From positions 18,355-82,354 of the forward strand of contig CAYOWP010000004.1 in assembly GCA_964407715.1 (NCBI GenBank): a stretch of DNA of 64,000 nt, written 5' to 3'. This document shows positions 40,548 to 50,180 of the stretch, piece by piece. This stretch comes from an uncultured archaeon (lineage in GTDB: Archaea > EX4484-52 > JAADEF01). Position 1 is the stretch's first letter; each line of letters begins with the position of its first letter. The notes under the pieces are model-generated. The model made no database searches. It saw nothing but the letters and a program-made list of their open reading frames with translations, and had not been told where the DNA came from. The translations under genes and the position numbers were made by a program.

Positions 40548-41618
40548 ATGGAGTCAAATCGTGCTGAAGATAGATATGAGATGCCTCTAAGCACAAGATT
40601 GCAATTAAAAAAGAAGCAGTATGGATTAGTAGGTAAACAAGCATCTGTTAAGATATGTCTATGGACAAAAAAAGCCCTGAAAAGAGAGTATGTATGCTAT
40701 AAGCAAAGATTTTATGGTGCTGAAACACATAGATGTGCTGAAATAACACCAATCACAGCAATATGTTCTCAAAACTGCATATATTGCTGGAGACCTATGG
40801 AATGGATGAAATTTTATGAGCCAAAAGAGGATGAGGTTGATGATCCAAAAGAAATAATTGAGGGCATCTTAAAGGAAAGGCGTCAACTTTTATCAGGATT
40901 TAAAGGTAATGAGAAAGTTGATCAAAAGCTTCTTGAGGAAAGCTATGATCCTTCGCACTGGGCTATCTCGCTATCTGGAGAGCCAACATTATATCCAAGA
41001 TTGCATGAGCTTATAAAGTTGCTATGGAATAGAAAAAGCACAAAAACAATATTTGTTGTAAGCAATGGGGAGCATCCTGAGACATTTATGAAGATGTATG
41101 AATATGAGAAAGGAATGCCATCACAGATATATATCTCGCTTGATGCTCCTAATGAGGAGTTATTCAAGAAAATAAATAGACCTGTATATAAAGATGGTTG
41201 GGAGAGATTGATAAAAACGCTAACAATTCTATCAAAGATGCCAGTCAGAAAAGTTGCGAGATTAACGCTAATTAAGGGCTTAAATGATTCAGAAGAGTAC
41301 ATGCCAGAATTTGCAAAGATATTTGAATTAGGAAATTTTGATTTCATAGAGATAAAGGCATTTATGCTATTAGGATACTCAAGGAGAAGATTAAGCATAG
41401 ATAACATGCCTACACACAACGAAATAAAAGAATATGCTGAAAAGCTTTTAAGATATCTTCCTAATTATAGATATGAGGATGAGGTTAGGATGTCAAGAAT
41501 AGTATTGCTAAGGAATATCTTCTCTCCATGGCCAAGATATATTAGAGAGGTTCCCATGCATGTAAAGGATATACCATCAGATAAGGATGATGAAAATATG
41601 GAAATGGAGGATGAGTAA
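40548..41618 (+). CDS. taw1: 4-demethylwyosine synthase (radical SAM)
   Basis: CYKQRFYG, CSQNCIYCWR, ISLSGEPTLYP, QIYISLDAP. Confidence 0.93.
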   Translation: MESNRAEDRYEMPLSTRLQLKKKQYGLVGKQASVKICLWTKKALKREYVCYKQRFYGAETHRCAEITPITAICSQNCIYCWRPMEWMKFYEPKEDEVDDPKEIIEGILKERRQLLSGFKGNEKVDQKLLEESYDPSHWAISLSGEPTLYPRLHELIKLLWNRKSTKTIFVVSNGEHPETFMKMYEYEKGMPSQIYISLDAPNEELFKKINRPVYKDGWERLIKTLTILSKMPVRKVARLTLIKGLNDSEEYMPEFAKIFELGNFDFIEIKAFMLLGYSRRRLSIDNMPTHNEIKEYAEKLLRYLPNYRYEDEVRMSRIVLLRNIFSPWPRYIREVPMHVKDIPSDKDDENMEMEDE

Positions 41619-41635
41619 GCATTATCAACTTTATA

Positions 41636-43291
41636 TCATATCTTAGACAAAGGTTTAATTCCAATAATATCAAAAACAATACTTAAAACATCTCTTACTA
41701 AAAAAGAAAGATACATTCCAGCATGCTCAAACTTAGGGTTATCAATAAAGCGTATGTTTTGATATAAGGTGTTATATCTCTTACATAGCTCTATGCTATA
41801 TATAACCAAATAATGTGGGTCATAATTATCTATGCTTTTCTTAATATAAAAAGGAAACTTATAGATGAAATTCAAAAGTTTTTCTGATGCATTGTTCTCT
41901 TTAAGCATTTTCAATATCTTTTCCTGATTTAGCTCATTTTCCTGTTTTTTATCTTTATATTTGTTGATAAGGGATTGTATTCTTGCATAGGTATAAACCA
42001 AATAAATTGCATTCTCATTGTTGAATGTGGTGAATTTCTTAACATCAAACATAAAGTTTTTTCTTCTGCTCTGTGAAAGTAAAGCAAATTTTATGGTATT
42101 TATGGCAAGCCTTTCCAAGTTATCATGCAATATCTCTTTTTCCCTTTTTTCAAAATCTTCTTTGATTTTCTCTTTTAGAAAATCTATGAACTCATCAACA
42201 AAAACAACATTTCCTTTTCTTGTGGAGAACTTGCCTTCTGGTAAATACAGCAATCCAAAATCCACATGAACCAAATCGCTATCGCATAACCCTGCTTTTT
42301 TAGCAGCATAAAAAATCTTCTCAAAATATTGCTGCTGCTCATTTCCAACCACATAAAGTATTGCTAAGGGATTATATTTGTTGCATCTAAATCTTATCGC
42401 AATCAAGTCACGTGTTGAATATAATGTTCTCTCTCCTTTTTTATATATCACAAGATTGCCATAAGGAGTAGGAATCAAAACACTGCCATCTTTCTCATCT
42501 ATAAAAGCAATCTTTCTTTTAATGAGATTCTCTATCAATGAATTTGCATGTTCAACTTGATTGCTCTCGCTATCATACACATCAAAAGATATATTGAGCT
42601 TATCATATATTCTCTTAAACTCTCTCATGCTAACCTCACAAAATCTCTTCCATAATTCAAAATTCTCTCTATCCCCATTTTCCAATTTTATAAATTCCTC
42701 TTCTCCCTTCTCTTTTATGCTCTCATCCTTTTCCTCATCTTTATGAATTCTTACATATAACTCAAATAAGTATCTTATTCCTCTCTTCTCTAATTCTTTC
42801 TCATCACCATATTTTTTATATGCATATATAAGTTTTCCAAATTGCAATCCCCAATCACCAAAATAGGTCATTCTTAGAACATTATATCCTGAGATGCTTA
42901 ACAATTTGCTTAGAGAATCTCCAAGAATTGTTGATCTCAAATGTCCTACATTAAATGGTTTGCCTATATTAGGAGATGAAAACTCAACAATAACTCTCTC
43001 CTTATTTCCAAATCTTGGAATAGATATGGTATTCAAGAAAAGATTTTTATATGAAACTCTCAGAAAGCAATTATCTAAAGAAAAACTCATTCCTATGCTA
43101 TCCTCTAATTTTTTCTTTATTTTATCACATCCCTCATTTGAAATGTTTTTTATTTTATGTAGAGGAATCACAAAAACATAATCATCGCTCTTCTCATATA
43201 TTGGCTGTACCTCTATGCCATATTCTTCCTTGAGGTATCTGTTTATTTTTTCATAGAGTTGATAATAATCAGCTATGCTGTGCTCATCCAT
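41636..43291 (-). CDS. argS: Arginyl-tRNA synthetase
   Basis: VEFSSPNIGKPFNVGHLRS, GDWGLQFG, FSTRKG, YLVYTYARI. Confidence 0.95.
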   Translation of the reverse strand: MDEHSIADYYQLYEKINRYLKEEYGIEVQPIYEKSDDYVFVIPLHKIKNISNEGCDKIKKKLEDSIGMSFSLDNCFLRVSYKNLFLNTISIPRFGNKERVIVEFSSPNIGKPFNVGHLRSTILGDSLSKLLSISGYNVLRMTYFGDWGLQFGKLIYAYKKYGDEKELEKRGIRYLFELYVRIHKDEEKDESIKEKGEEEFIKLENGDRENFELWKRFCEVSMREFKRIYDKLNISFDVYDSESNQVEHANSLIENLIKRKIAFIDEKDGSVLIPTPYGNLVIYKKGERTLYSTRDLIAIRFRCNKYNPLAILYVVGNEQQQYFEKIFYAAKKAGLCDSDLVHVDFGLLYLPEGKFSTRKGNVVFVDEFIDFLKEKIKEDFEKREKEILHDNLERLAINTIKFALLSQSRRKNFMFDVKKFTTFNNENAIYLVYTYARIQSLINKYKDKKQENELNQEKILKMLKENNASEKLLNFIYKFPFYIKKSIDNYDPHYLVIYSIELCKRYNTLYQNIRFIDNPKFEHAGMYLSFLVRDVLSIVFDIIGIKPLSKI

Positions 43292-43343
43292 AAATACTTA
43301 TCCGTCTTAACTTTTTAAAATTCTTTTTATATATGTTTATAAT

Positions 43344-43418
43344 AGCGGGGTGGAGCAGCTTGGAGTGCTCGTCGGGCTCATAACCCGAAGGTCGCAGGTT
43401 CAAATCCTGCCCCCGCTA
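43344..43418 (+). tRNA. Initiator tRNA-Met (CAT)
   Basis: A1:T72 pair, three G-C pairs around CTCATAA loop, GTTCAAATC T-arm. Confidence 0.95.
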
Positions 43419-43448
43419 TAGCTATGCTATAAGGAATTGGGTGTTTAA

Positions 43449-44126
43449 ATGCATATAAAGAACATCTCAAAAAACCTGATAAAAATAAACAACAAACATT
43501 ATGCCACATTATCAAAAAAGGAAGGATATAATGTATATGGAGAGAGAATAATAAGATATAAGAATAGAGAATATCGCATATGGAATCCAACAAAATCAAA
43601 ATTAGGTGCTGCTTTACACAATAAAATTCCAATAAACATAATCAAGAAGATAGAATCTTCAAATTATATTTTATACTTAGGTATTGCCAATGGCACAACA
43701 GCATCTCATTTAGAGGATCTAAATCCAAATGCTATGATATTTGGTGTTGAAATTAGTCCAAGAAGCATCATTGATCTCGTTTATATGATAAAAAAGAGGA
43801 AAAGCAATATCATTCCAATATTGGAGAATGCAGCACATCCATTAAGATATTCCTTTATGGTTGCAAAATCTGATATTCTATATGTGGACATTGCGCAACC
43901 CCACCAAACAGATATTGCATTAAGAAATGGAGAGCTATTCTTGAAAAAAGGAGGTTTGTTATTTCTTGCAATAAAAACGAGATCCATAGATATAAAAAAG
44001 AAGCCTGTTGAAATTGTTAAAAAAGAAATAGAAAAAATAGAATCTTATGGATATGAGATTAGTTTTAGCACTATGCTGGATCCCTATGAAAGAGATCATG
44101 GATTTGTAGTAGCAATAAAAAAATAA
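43449..44126 (+). CDS. flpA: Fibrillarin-like rRNA/tRNA 2'-O-methyltransferase
   Basis: WNPTKSKLGAA, LYLGIANGTTASH, DIAQPHQ, LDPYERDH. Confidence 0.93.
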   Translation: MHIKNISKNLIKINNKHYATLSKKEGYNVYGERIIRYKNREYRIWNPTKSKLGAALHNKIPINIIKKIESSNYILYLGIANGTTASHLEDLNPNAMIFGVEISPRSIIDLVYMIKKRKSNIIPILENAAHPLRYSFMVAKSDILYVDIAQPHQTDIALRNGELFLKKGGLLFLAIKTRSIDIKKKPVEIVKKEIEKIESYGYEISFSTMLDPYERDHGFVVAIKK

Positions 44127-44139
44127 TAAGTAAGAGAAT

Positions 44140-44892
44140 TTATTCCTCTGCACGAGGTGCTAGTATATAATACATCCACAAATCATCGCTATCCTTAAAA
44201 TCAAATCTTGCAGGTGCATCTTGATTTATGCTTATCTTAACTGTAGGTGCAACCTTCTTGGCTTTTGTTATCTTCTTAAGATAATCTATGGAATATTTTG
44301 CCTTAACATCTTCCTTAGCATCCAATGCTATCACACCTTCTGATTCTTTCTTAAATTCTGCCTCCATACTTGTAAGCTCACTTTGGGCAGAGATTGTAAA
44401 TGCTCCATTCTCAAATGAAAATGTGGCTTCATCAGATATGTTAGATGCATCTTCTATAGCCTCCACAAATAAACTTGAGAGAATCTCAGCACTTCCCTTG
44501 AATTCAAGATTGAGTTCTGGTATTTCTTGAACCTCGCTGTCTAAGATAGGTAGAACAAATCTCTTTTCATGCTTGCCCTTTATAATCACATTCAATCTGC
44601 TTATATTTTTCTCATTAATTTGAAATATGACCTTATCTGATGCCTTTGTCTTTTTTAAGGATTGTCTCAACAAATCTATGTTTAGCGTAAGATACACCTT
44701 ATCCTCTACCTCATATATATCAAAATTCTCCTTACCATAGAACATCTCTATAAGCGTTACCATTGTTGGATCAGTTGCCTTGAAATGTATTCCCTTTTCA
44801 TCTATTACAAATGTTCCTTCGCTGAGAAGATTGCTAATTGCATCCAATATATCCTTAAAAGTACCTATGCTCATAAATTGCACATTCAACAT
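44140..44892 (-). CDS. pcn: DNA polymerase sliding clamp PCNA
   Basis: ATDPTMVTL, AKYSIDYLKKI, YILAPR. Confidence 0.95.
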   Translation of the reverse strand: MLNVQFMSIGTFKDILDAISNLLSEGTFVIDEKGIHFKATDPTMVTLIEMFYGKENFDIYEVEDKVYLTLNIDLLRQSLKKTKASDKVIFQINEKNISRLNVIIKGKHEKRFVLPILDSEVQEIPELNLEFKGSAEILSSLFVEAIEDASNISDEATFSFENGAFTISAQSELTSMEAEFKKESEGVIALDAKEDVKAKYSIDYLKKITKAKKVAPTVKISINQDAPARFDFKDSDDLWMYYILAPRAEE

Positions 44893-44958
44893 ATCATCAC
44901 CTCTTCACATGATAATATAATTAAATAATAATTTGTAATCTTTAAAAATGTTATCTTA

Positions 44959-45032
44959 TGGACCCGCCGGGATTTGAACCCGGGCTAATGCCTCCGCAGG
45001 GCATTGTGCTAACCAAGCTACACTACGGGTCC
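44959..45032 (-). tRNA. tRNA-Arg (GCG)
   Basis: GGACCCG/CGGGTCC acceptor stem; ATGCC-CTGCGGA-GGCAT anticodon arm. Confidence 0.93.
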
Positions 45033-45052
45033 AAAAAATAAAAAAGAATACA

Positions 45053-45289
45053 TTAAAAACTTTTTTTATATCCCTCTCTATATATCACAGGTTTATAAAA
45101 TCCGCATCTCTCATAATTTCCCTCGAGGGTTCTATAAAATCCATACCCTGAACACTCCTTGCATTTGTTTGAATCAGGAATCTCTTTTGGAGAATATACT
45201 GTAGGCTTTCCTTTTTCAATCTTCCATCTACATATATAAATACCTCTCCCTCCGTTCTCCTCCCCTATATCTACCATATTACTATTCAC
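45053..45289 (-). CDS. Small Cys4 (putative Zn-binding) protein, paralog of 59556-59750
   Basis: C..CKECSGYGFY...YERCGFYKPV; GGAGGTGA RBS. Confidence 0.65.
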   Translation of the reverse strand: MNSNMVDIGEENGGRGIYICRWKIEKGKPTVYSPKEIPDSNKCKECSGYGFYRTLEGNYERCGFYKPVIYREGYKKSF

Positions 45290-45328
45290 CTCCCTGTATT
45301 TAATTTTTACATTCTTTAAAGTTTCTTT

Positions 45329-46225
45329 TTAAAAATCTATTAATTTAGATATTATCTTTTCTTTCTTGAATATCTCCAAATCCTCATATCCTTGCCCTGT
45401 TCCTAAGAAAAAAATTGGTTTTTTAATGGCATAGCATACATTCAAGAATGTGCCTCCTTTATTGTCAGCATCAAATTTTGTTATGATGTATCCATCAAAT
45501 CCAACCTCATTAAATAGCTTAGCTTGAGATATTGCATCATTTCCCGTAGTAGAATCTATCACCAAAAAAATAAAGGATGGTTTATTTACTCTAATAATCT
45601 TTTGAAGCTCATCTATAAGATTCTTATTGATATGCACTCTCCCTGCTGTGTCAGCTAACACAAAATCTATCTTATGTGATTCAGCATACCTTACAGCATC
45701 ATATATCACTGCTGCACTATCCGCGCCATATCTGTTCTTGATTACTTTGATGTTAAGATTTCTTGCGTGTTCTTCTAATTGCTCTATTGCTCCTGCTCTA
45801 TAGGTATCTCCTGCAGCAAATATGACAGAGTATCTTTTATCAAGAAGGAATTTACCTAATTTAGCAATGGTCGTTGTCTTTCCAACTCCATTAAAACCAA
45901 TAAATATGATCAACCTCGGAGTCTCCTTTTCTCTAATTCTTTCAAGAAATTCTCCTTCCAATAATAGCTCATCCAACAATGATTTGAGAGATGCTTTAAT
46001 TTTATCTTTGATTTCAAGAGAGCTCAATTTTTTTCCGATAAGGGCATCTTTAATTCTTGTATTTAAGAGCTCTACAATCTCTAAAGATACATTGCTCTCC
46101 AATAAACTTATCTCCATATCCCACAAAACATCTTTTAAGTCTTCCTCAGAGATTTCTTTCTCTGTGAGTTTTTTAGCAATATCCTCTGTCTTATCTTTTA
46201 AAATGCTTCTTAGTTTCTTTAGCAT
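45329..46225 (-). CDS. ftsY: Signal recognition particle receptor FtsY
   Basis: GFNGVGKTTT, DTYRAGA, DTAGR, TKFD, GTGQGYEDL; start MLKKL at 46225 because the longer ORF overlaps tRNA-His. Confidence 0.93.
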   Translation of the reverse strand: MLKKLRSILKDKTEDIAKKLTEKEISEEDLKDVLWDMEISLLESNVSLEIVELLNTRIKDALIGKKLSSLEIKDKIKASLKSLLDELLLEGEFLERIREKETPRLIIFIGFNGVGKTTTIAKLGKFLLDKRYSVIFAAGDTYRAGAIEQLEEHARNLNIKVIKNRYGADSAAVIYDAVRYAESHKIDFVLADTAGRVHINKNLIDELQKIIRVNKPSFIFLVIDSTTGNDAISQAKLFNEVGFDGYIITKFDADNKGGTFLNVCYAIKKPIFFLGTGQGYEDLEIFKKEKIISKLIDF

Positions 46226-46227
46226 AA

Positions 46228-46299
46228 GGCGAGGACCGGGATTCGAACCCGGGTCAGCGGATCCACAGTCCGCCAGGATAACCACTACCCTATCCTCGC
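46228..46299 (-). tRNA. tRNA-His (GTG)
   Basis: GCGAGGA/TCCTCGC acceptor stem, C73, GCGGA-CTGTGGA-TCCGC arm. Confidence 0.93.
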
Positions 46300-46368
46300 T
46301 CAAAAAATGATTAACAACATAAAAATATATTTTCAGATTTAAAAAGATTAAAAGAAAAACGCTATGCT

Positions 46369-46941
46369 TTATAAGTTTAAGCCATTAAGTGTATAGATTC
46401 CATTTGTCTCTAATAATGTATGAACAATTGCTAATTCCAATGCCTTTTCAAAGTCTCTTGGTCTCCTTAGAATCTCAACCGCAATCAAACAATGGTCTAT
46501 ATTTGCCTTATCAAGCACCTTGTTTATTGTTCTCTTTGATCTCTGAACAAAATCAGGTACCTCTTCCTCTTCAAGTTCAAAGTTTTCTGATAAAGTGATG
46601 CTTAGCAATTTTCTACCTGTGAGACGAGGAGCAGGTACTATTGTAACTTTTATTGAGTTTGAGGGATCTGTTGAGCTTCCTGCCTGCATAACTGTATTTT
46701 CTATTTGCCTCGCTTCTCTTATTTTTATTTCATTGACCTTCATCTTCTTTAACATCTCTTTGATTACGGGATAGTTCTGAAAGCTGCACTCTATTTGGAT
46801 TTCCCTTGAGATTATAGAGACATTTTTAGCTCCTGATTCCATTAAAATATTGATAACAGTTTCTGATGAGATATTAGCAGGAAGTATTCCAGTAACTTTT
46901 AGCATGATATTCTTTGGAGACATAATAATAAATAAAATCAA
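46369..46941 (-). CDS. Hypothetical protein
   Basis: ORF with natural composition; start uncertain. Confidence 0.6.
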   Translation of the reverse strand: MILFIIMSPKNIMLKVTGILPANISSETVINILMESGAKNVSIISREIQIECSFQNYPVIKEMLKKMKVNEIKIREARQIENTVMQAGSSTDPSNSIKVTIVPAPRLTGRKLLSITLSENFELEEEEVPDFVQRSKRTINKVLDKANIDHCLIAVEILRRPRDFEKALELAIVHTLLETNGIYTLNGLNL

Positions 46942-47024
46942 TATCTTTTAAAAAATTACGGTTTATCAATATCTCTATATATATGATTAGGATACATACC
47001 TTGTTCCTCCGCACACTGCTCCAA

Positions 47025-47300
47025 ATGGTTAACGGGAAGCATAACCTCTTCTCAAGGCATATCACAGCAGGTAACCTCTCCGAGCGTTTAGGAAGCAGCT
47101 ACCCTGAAGAAAGGTTAGCATGCTTTTATGTGTTTGGTATTGTGATATCTGCGCGTTAACCAATTTTTATTTATTCAAAATAAATAAAAATTCGTTATCA
47201 GAAAACATACCATCTCAAAAACCACATTGGAGCAGCTAATATTTTATTTTGGTTAGGTGCTATAAAACCTTGCAAAAGATGAGATCTTCGCGTTAACCAT
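47025..47300. repeat. Tandem array 3 of the repeat family (2 units)
   Basis: Begins ATGGTTAACGGGAAG, ends CTTCGCGTTAACCAT; internal junction with a perfect 14-bp AT hairpin at 47162-47192. Confidence 0.88.
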
Positions 47301-47357
47301 AACGCCTTCACTTAATTTTTTAAAAATATCTTATCTAAATATCTTTTATTTTGTTTA

Positions 47358-47431
47358 GCCCCGGTAGTCTAGTCCGGTAAGGATAGCGGCCTTTCGAGCC
47401 GCAGACCCGGGTTCAAATCCCGGCCGGGGCA
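47358..47431 (+). tRNA. tRNA-Glu (TTC)
   Basis: GCCCCGG/CCGGGGC stem; GCGGC-CTTTCGA-GCCGC arm. Confidence 0.94.
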
Positions 47432-47432
47432 T

Positions 47433-48182
47433 ATGAGAGTAAAAGTTACTCTTCTCATGAAGGAAAACACAGGTTTTTTACCATATTCATATCAGTATTT
47501 TTTATCTTCTCTTGTATATTCTGCTCTTGAGAAGGCAAATCCTGAGTTATCTTTTTATCTTCATGACCCGTCTCCTTTTAAAGGGTTTGTCTTTTCATCT
47601 TTGTTTTTTGAAAGGTTTCATAATAAAAAGCAAGGAATTTATTTTGAAGGGAAGGTTGTTTTTTATTTTTCTTCATTTTTTAAAGAAATTACTCGTTCTT
47701 TTGTTGAAGGAATTTTATCTCTTAAGGATATCTATTTAGGAAAAAATAAATTTGATCTTGAAAAAATAGAAGTATTAGAAGATCCTGATTTCACAACAAT
47801 AAATACTTTTAATTTGCTTTCTCCTCTAATTCTCCAAAAGCCCATCAAAATAGGAAATAAACTTAAAGGTATAGATTTATTCCCACATGACAAAGACTTT
47901 TATGATTATCTATTAAAAAATATCAAGAAGAGATATGAAAAATTTTATGGAAAATCTTTATCTTCTAACATATTTATAGAATTTTTAAATTTTAAACCAA
48001 AGAGATATTGTATAAAAGGAGAGTATTACCGAGGGCCGCTAGGAACATTGCGCATAATAGCACCGAAAGATGTTTTACATTTACTATATCACACAGGCAT
48101 TGGTTCAAAAAACTCGATGGGATTTGGAATGCTTGCACCTTACTATGATTCTCACGGAAAACAACATAAAAATAAGATTTAA
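47433..48182 (+). CDS. cas6: CRISPR endoribonuclease Cas6
   Basis: LHD..PFKGFVFS, LSPL, G-rich loop GIGSKNSMGFG. Confidence 0.93.
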   Translation: MRVKVTLLMKENTGFLPYSYQYFLSSLVYSALEKANPELSFYLHDPSPFKGFVFSSLFFERFHNKKQGIYFEGKVVFYFSSFFKEITRSFVEGILSLKDIYLGKNKFDLEKIEVLEDPDFTTINTFNLLSPLILQKPIKIGNKLKGIDLFPHDKDFYDYLLKNIKKRYEKFYGKSLSSNIFIEFLNFKPKRYCIKGEYYRGPLGTLRIIAPKDVLHLLYHTGIGSKNSMGFGMLAPYYDSHGKQHKNKI

Positions 48183-48229
48183 AAAGTTTATTTAGTTATC
48201 TATAATATTTTATAAAAGAGGTTGAAATT

Positions 48230-49879
48230 ATGAACTCCTTGTTGCAATATGCGAAAGAGGAAGAAAAAAATAAAACCCATGCTCCTTCAGAACTACACTT
48301 TACAAGTAATTCTATAAATTCCATAAAATTTGAAATACCTATTCATATAGATGCATGGATGTTAAATGGAATAGAAACACTTTATACTCTACTTAATGAT
48401 CTGAAAGACTGCAAAGTAGAACTTGAATCTGATAGGTTAAAGGTAGAAATATTCGATCTGGAAAGTTTTCTAAAAATTTTTGCAGGAAAGATAGAAGATA
48501 AACAGAATAAAGTAATTTTTGTAAAAAAACTTGATAATAAGGGACAGGAAAAATTTATTAAAAAAGATTTCGTGCTTATTCAATACGGAAAAGCTATTAA
48601 TGGAAAAAATGTGCTTAAAGAGAAAATTTATTTGGAAACAGAAAAACGTCTTAAAGATATTTTTTTAGCCATCAAAAAAGGGAACAAAACATGTATCCTC
48701 TGCGAGCGAAAGTTCAAAAAATCCGTTGATAAGTTAAAACAAGCTGTACATCCCTTTGCGACCAAAATAAAAAGTTTGAGCGGTGTGAGAACTCTAAAGG
48801 AAAATTACGACAATCTCTGCCCACTGTGTTATTTGATAGGAACTTTGGAGTGGTTGGATGAAGCTATTCTTTATAGATGTTCCTTAGGTAGTGGTAAGCA
48901 AACTTATTCTGTGATCTTTCTTCCATTTGAATTGAATCTCAAGAAACTTCATGAATGTAAGGTGGAATATAGAAAAATTTTGAAGAGTAATATAAATTCT
49001 CCAGTATCAAATTTACTAAAAATTGTACCATCCTCAGATGGTAAAGAAAAAAAGATTGGTTATGAAGGTGAGTACACAACGATTCTTAAGTTCTTTGAAA
49101 GATTTGTGAAGGAAATTCTTGGGGAATATGGCAGAGATAATTTCGAAGAAATTGACGAGATTTTTGGATATGCTGAGAGAAAATTCTGCAAATCTTGGAT
49201 CATGCTTAAAATCCCTTCTGGAAATGTTAAAAACATTAAATTAAGCCGCTTAGATTTAAACAATGATTTTATTAAATTATTGATAGACCTGGAAAGAAAA
49301 GATATTTTCATCTACGACAATATCGTGGACAAAATAGGAGTGCGTGATAAGAACGGCAAATTTCTTCCTAAAGAAACGTCTGAAACGAAAGAATACACGG
49401 CAAAAACCGTTATTTTTGATAATTTCAGAGATTTCTCAAGAATGTTTTTACCGAGAAAAAATATAGTAAAATATCATGGTAATTTAAAAGATTTGGACGA
49501 ACTAATAAAATTGTGGAGGTTGATGCCCATGAAACTTGATGAAAACCTAAAAGATATAAAAGATGCTGCAAAGACACTTGCAAAACTTCTGAAAAACCAC
49601 TTAAGTATTTTGTATGAAATGAATAAAGCCAGAACAAAAGAAGAGTTCATAAGAATCTATCAGCAAGCCTGCAGGAGATTATTGGGAGTTAGAGAAGAAG
49701 AAAGAACCAACATTTACCCACCAGCACTCGAGAAGTTTGCAGACCTGCTGATAAATTCCTCTAACAACGAGTGGAAAACTCTAAGAGATGTGTTGCTTAT
49801 CTATACTTCGATTTACATATCTAGAGGAGAATATAAAAATACTTTCACCGGTGAAGAAAATGAAGGAAACAAACCTTGA
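48230..49879 (+). CDS. cas8: Type I-B large subunit (Cas8b/Cst1-like, CxxC-CxxC)
   Basis: WMLNG, CILC and CPLC motifs, helical C-terminus; position after cas6. Confidence 0.75.
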   Translation: MNSLLQYAKEEEKNKTHAPSELHFTSNSINSIKFEIPIHIDAWMLNGIETLYTLLNDLKDCKVELESDRLKVEIFDLESFLKIFAGKIEDKQNKVIFVKKLDNKGQEKFIKKDFVLIQYGKAINGKNVLKEKIYLETEKRLKDIFLAIKKGNKTCILCERKFKKSVDKLKQAVHPFATKIKSLSGVRTLKENYDNLCPLCYLIGTLEWLDEAILYRCSLGSGKQTYSVIFLPFELNLKKLHECKVEYRKILKSNINSPVSNLLKIVPSSDGKEKKIGYEGEYTTILKFFERFVKEILGEYGRDNFEEIDEIFGYAERKFCKSWIMLKIPSGNVKNIKLSRLDLNNDFIKLLIDLERKDIFIYDNIVDKIGVRDKNGKFLPKETSETKEYTAKTVIFDNFRDFSRMFLPRKNIVKYHGNLKDLDELIKLWRLMPMKLDENLKDIKDAAKTLAKLLKNHLSILYEMNKARTKEEFIRIYQQACRRLLGVREEERTNIYPPALEKFADLLINSSNNEWKTLRDVLLIYTSIYISRGEYKNTFTGEENEGNKP

Positions 49880-50159
49880 AACGATAAAGAGCTTGCTCGA
49901 AAAACAAAAACATGAACTGAAAATGAAATACGGAGTTAAAAGCATAGGTATATTCGGCTCTTTCGTGCGGGGCGAAGCAAAGAGTAGTAGTGATATAGAT
50001 GTGCTTGTGGAATTTGAAAAACCAATAAGAATGTTCAAATTTCTGGAGCTGGAAGAATATTTATCAAAACTCTGCGGACGTAAGGTTGATCTAGTATCCA
50101 AAAAAGCCCTTAAGCCGAATATAGGAAAGCACATACTGAAAGAGGTTGTGGAAATATAA
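49860..50159 (+). CDS. Minimal nucleotidyltransferase (MNT, COG1669-like)
   Basis: GIFGSFVRGE..SDIDVLVEF, KVDLVS; ATG 49860 overlaps the end of cas8. Confidence 0.9.
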   Translation: MKETNLETIKSLLEKQKHELKMKYGVKSIGIFGSFVRGEAKSSSDIDVLVEFEKPIRMFKFLELEEYLSKLCGRKVDLVSKKALKPNIGKHILKEVVEI

Positions 50160-50180
50160 ATTCCAAAAAAGGTGTAAAAT

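Noticed and set aside
43378-43632. Minus-strand 84-aa ORF ending AGAGFEPATFGL
   Set aside because: Antisense translation of tRNA-iMet and fibrillarin.
46226-46303. N-terminal extension of FtsY (MSEDRVVV..) in the ORF track
   Set aside because: It is a read-through of the tRNA-His gene.
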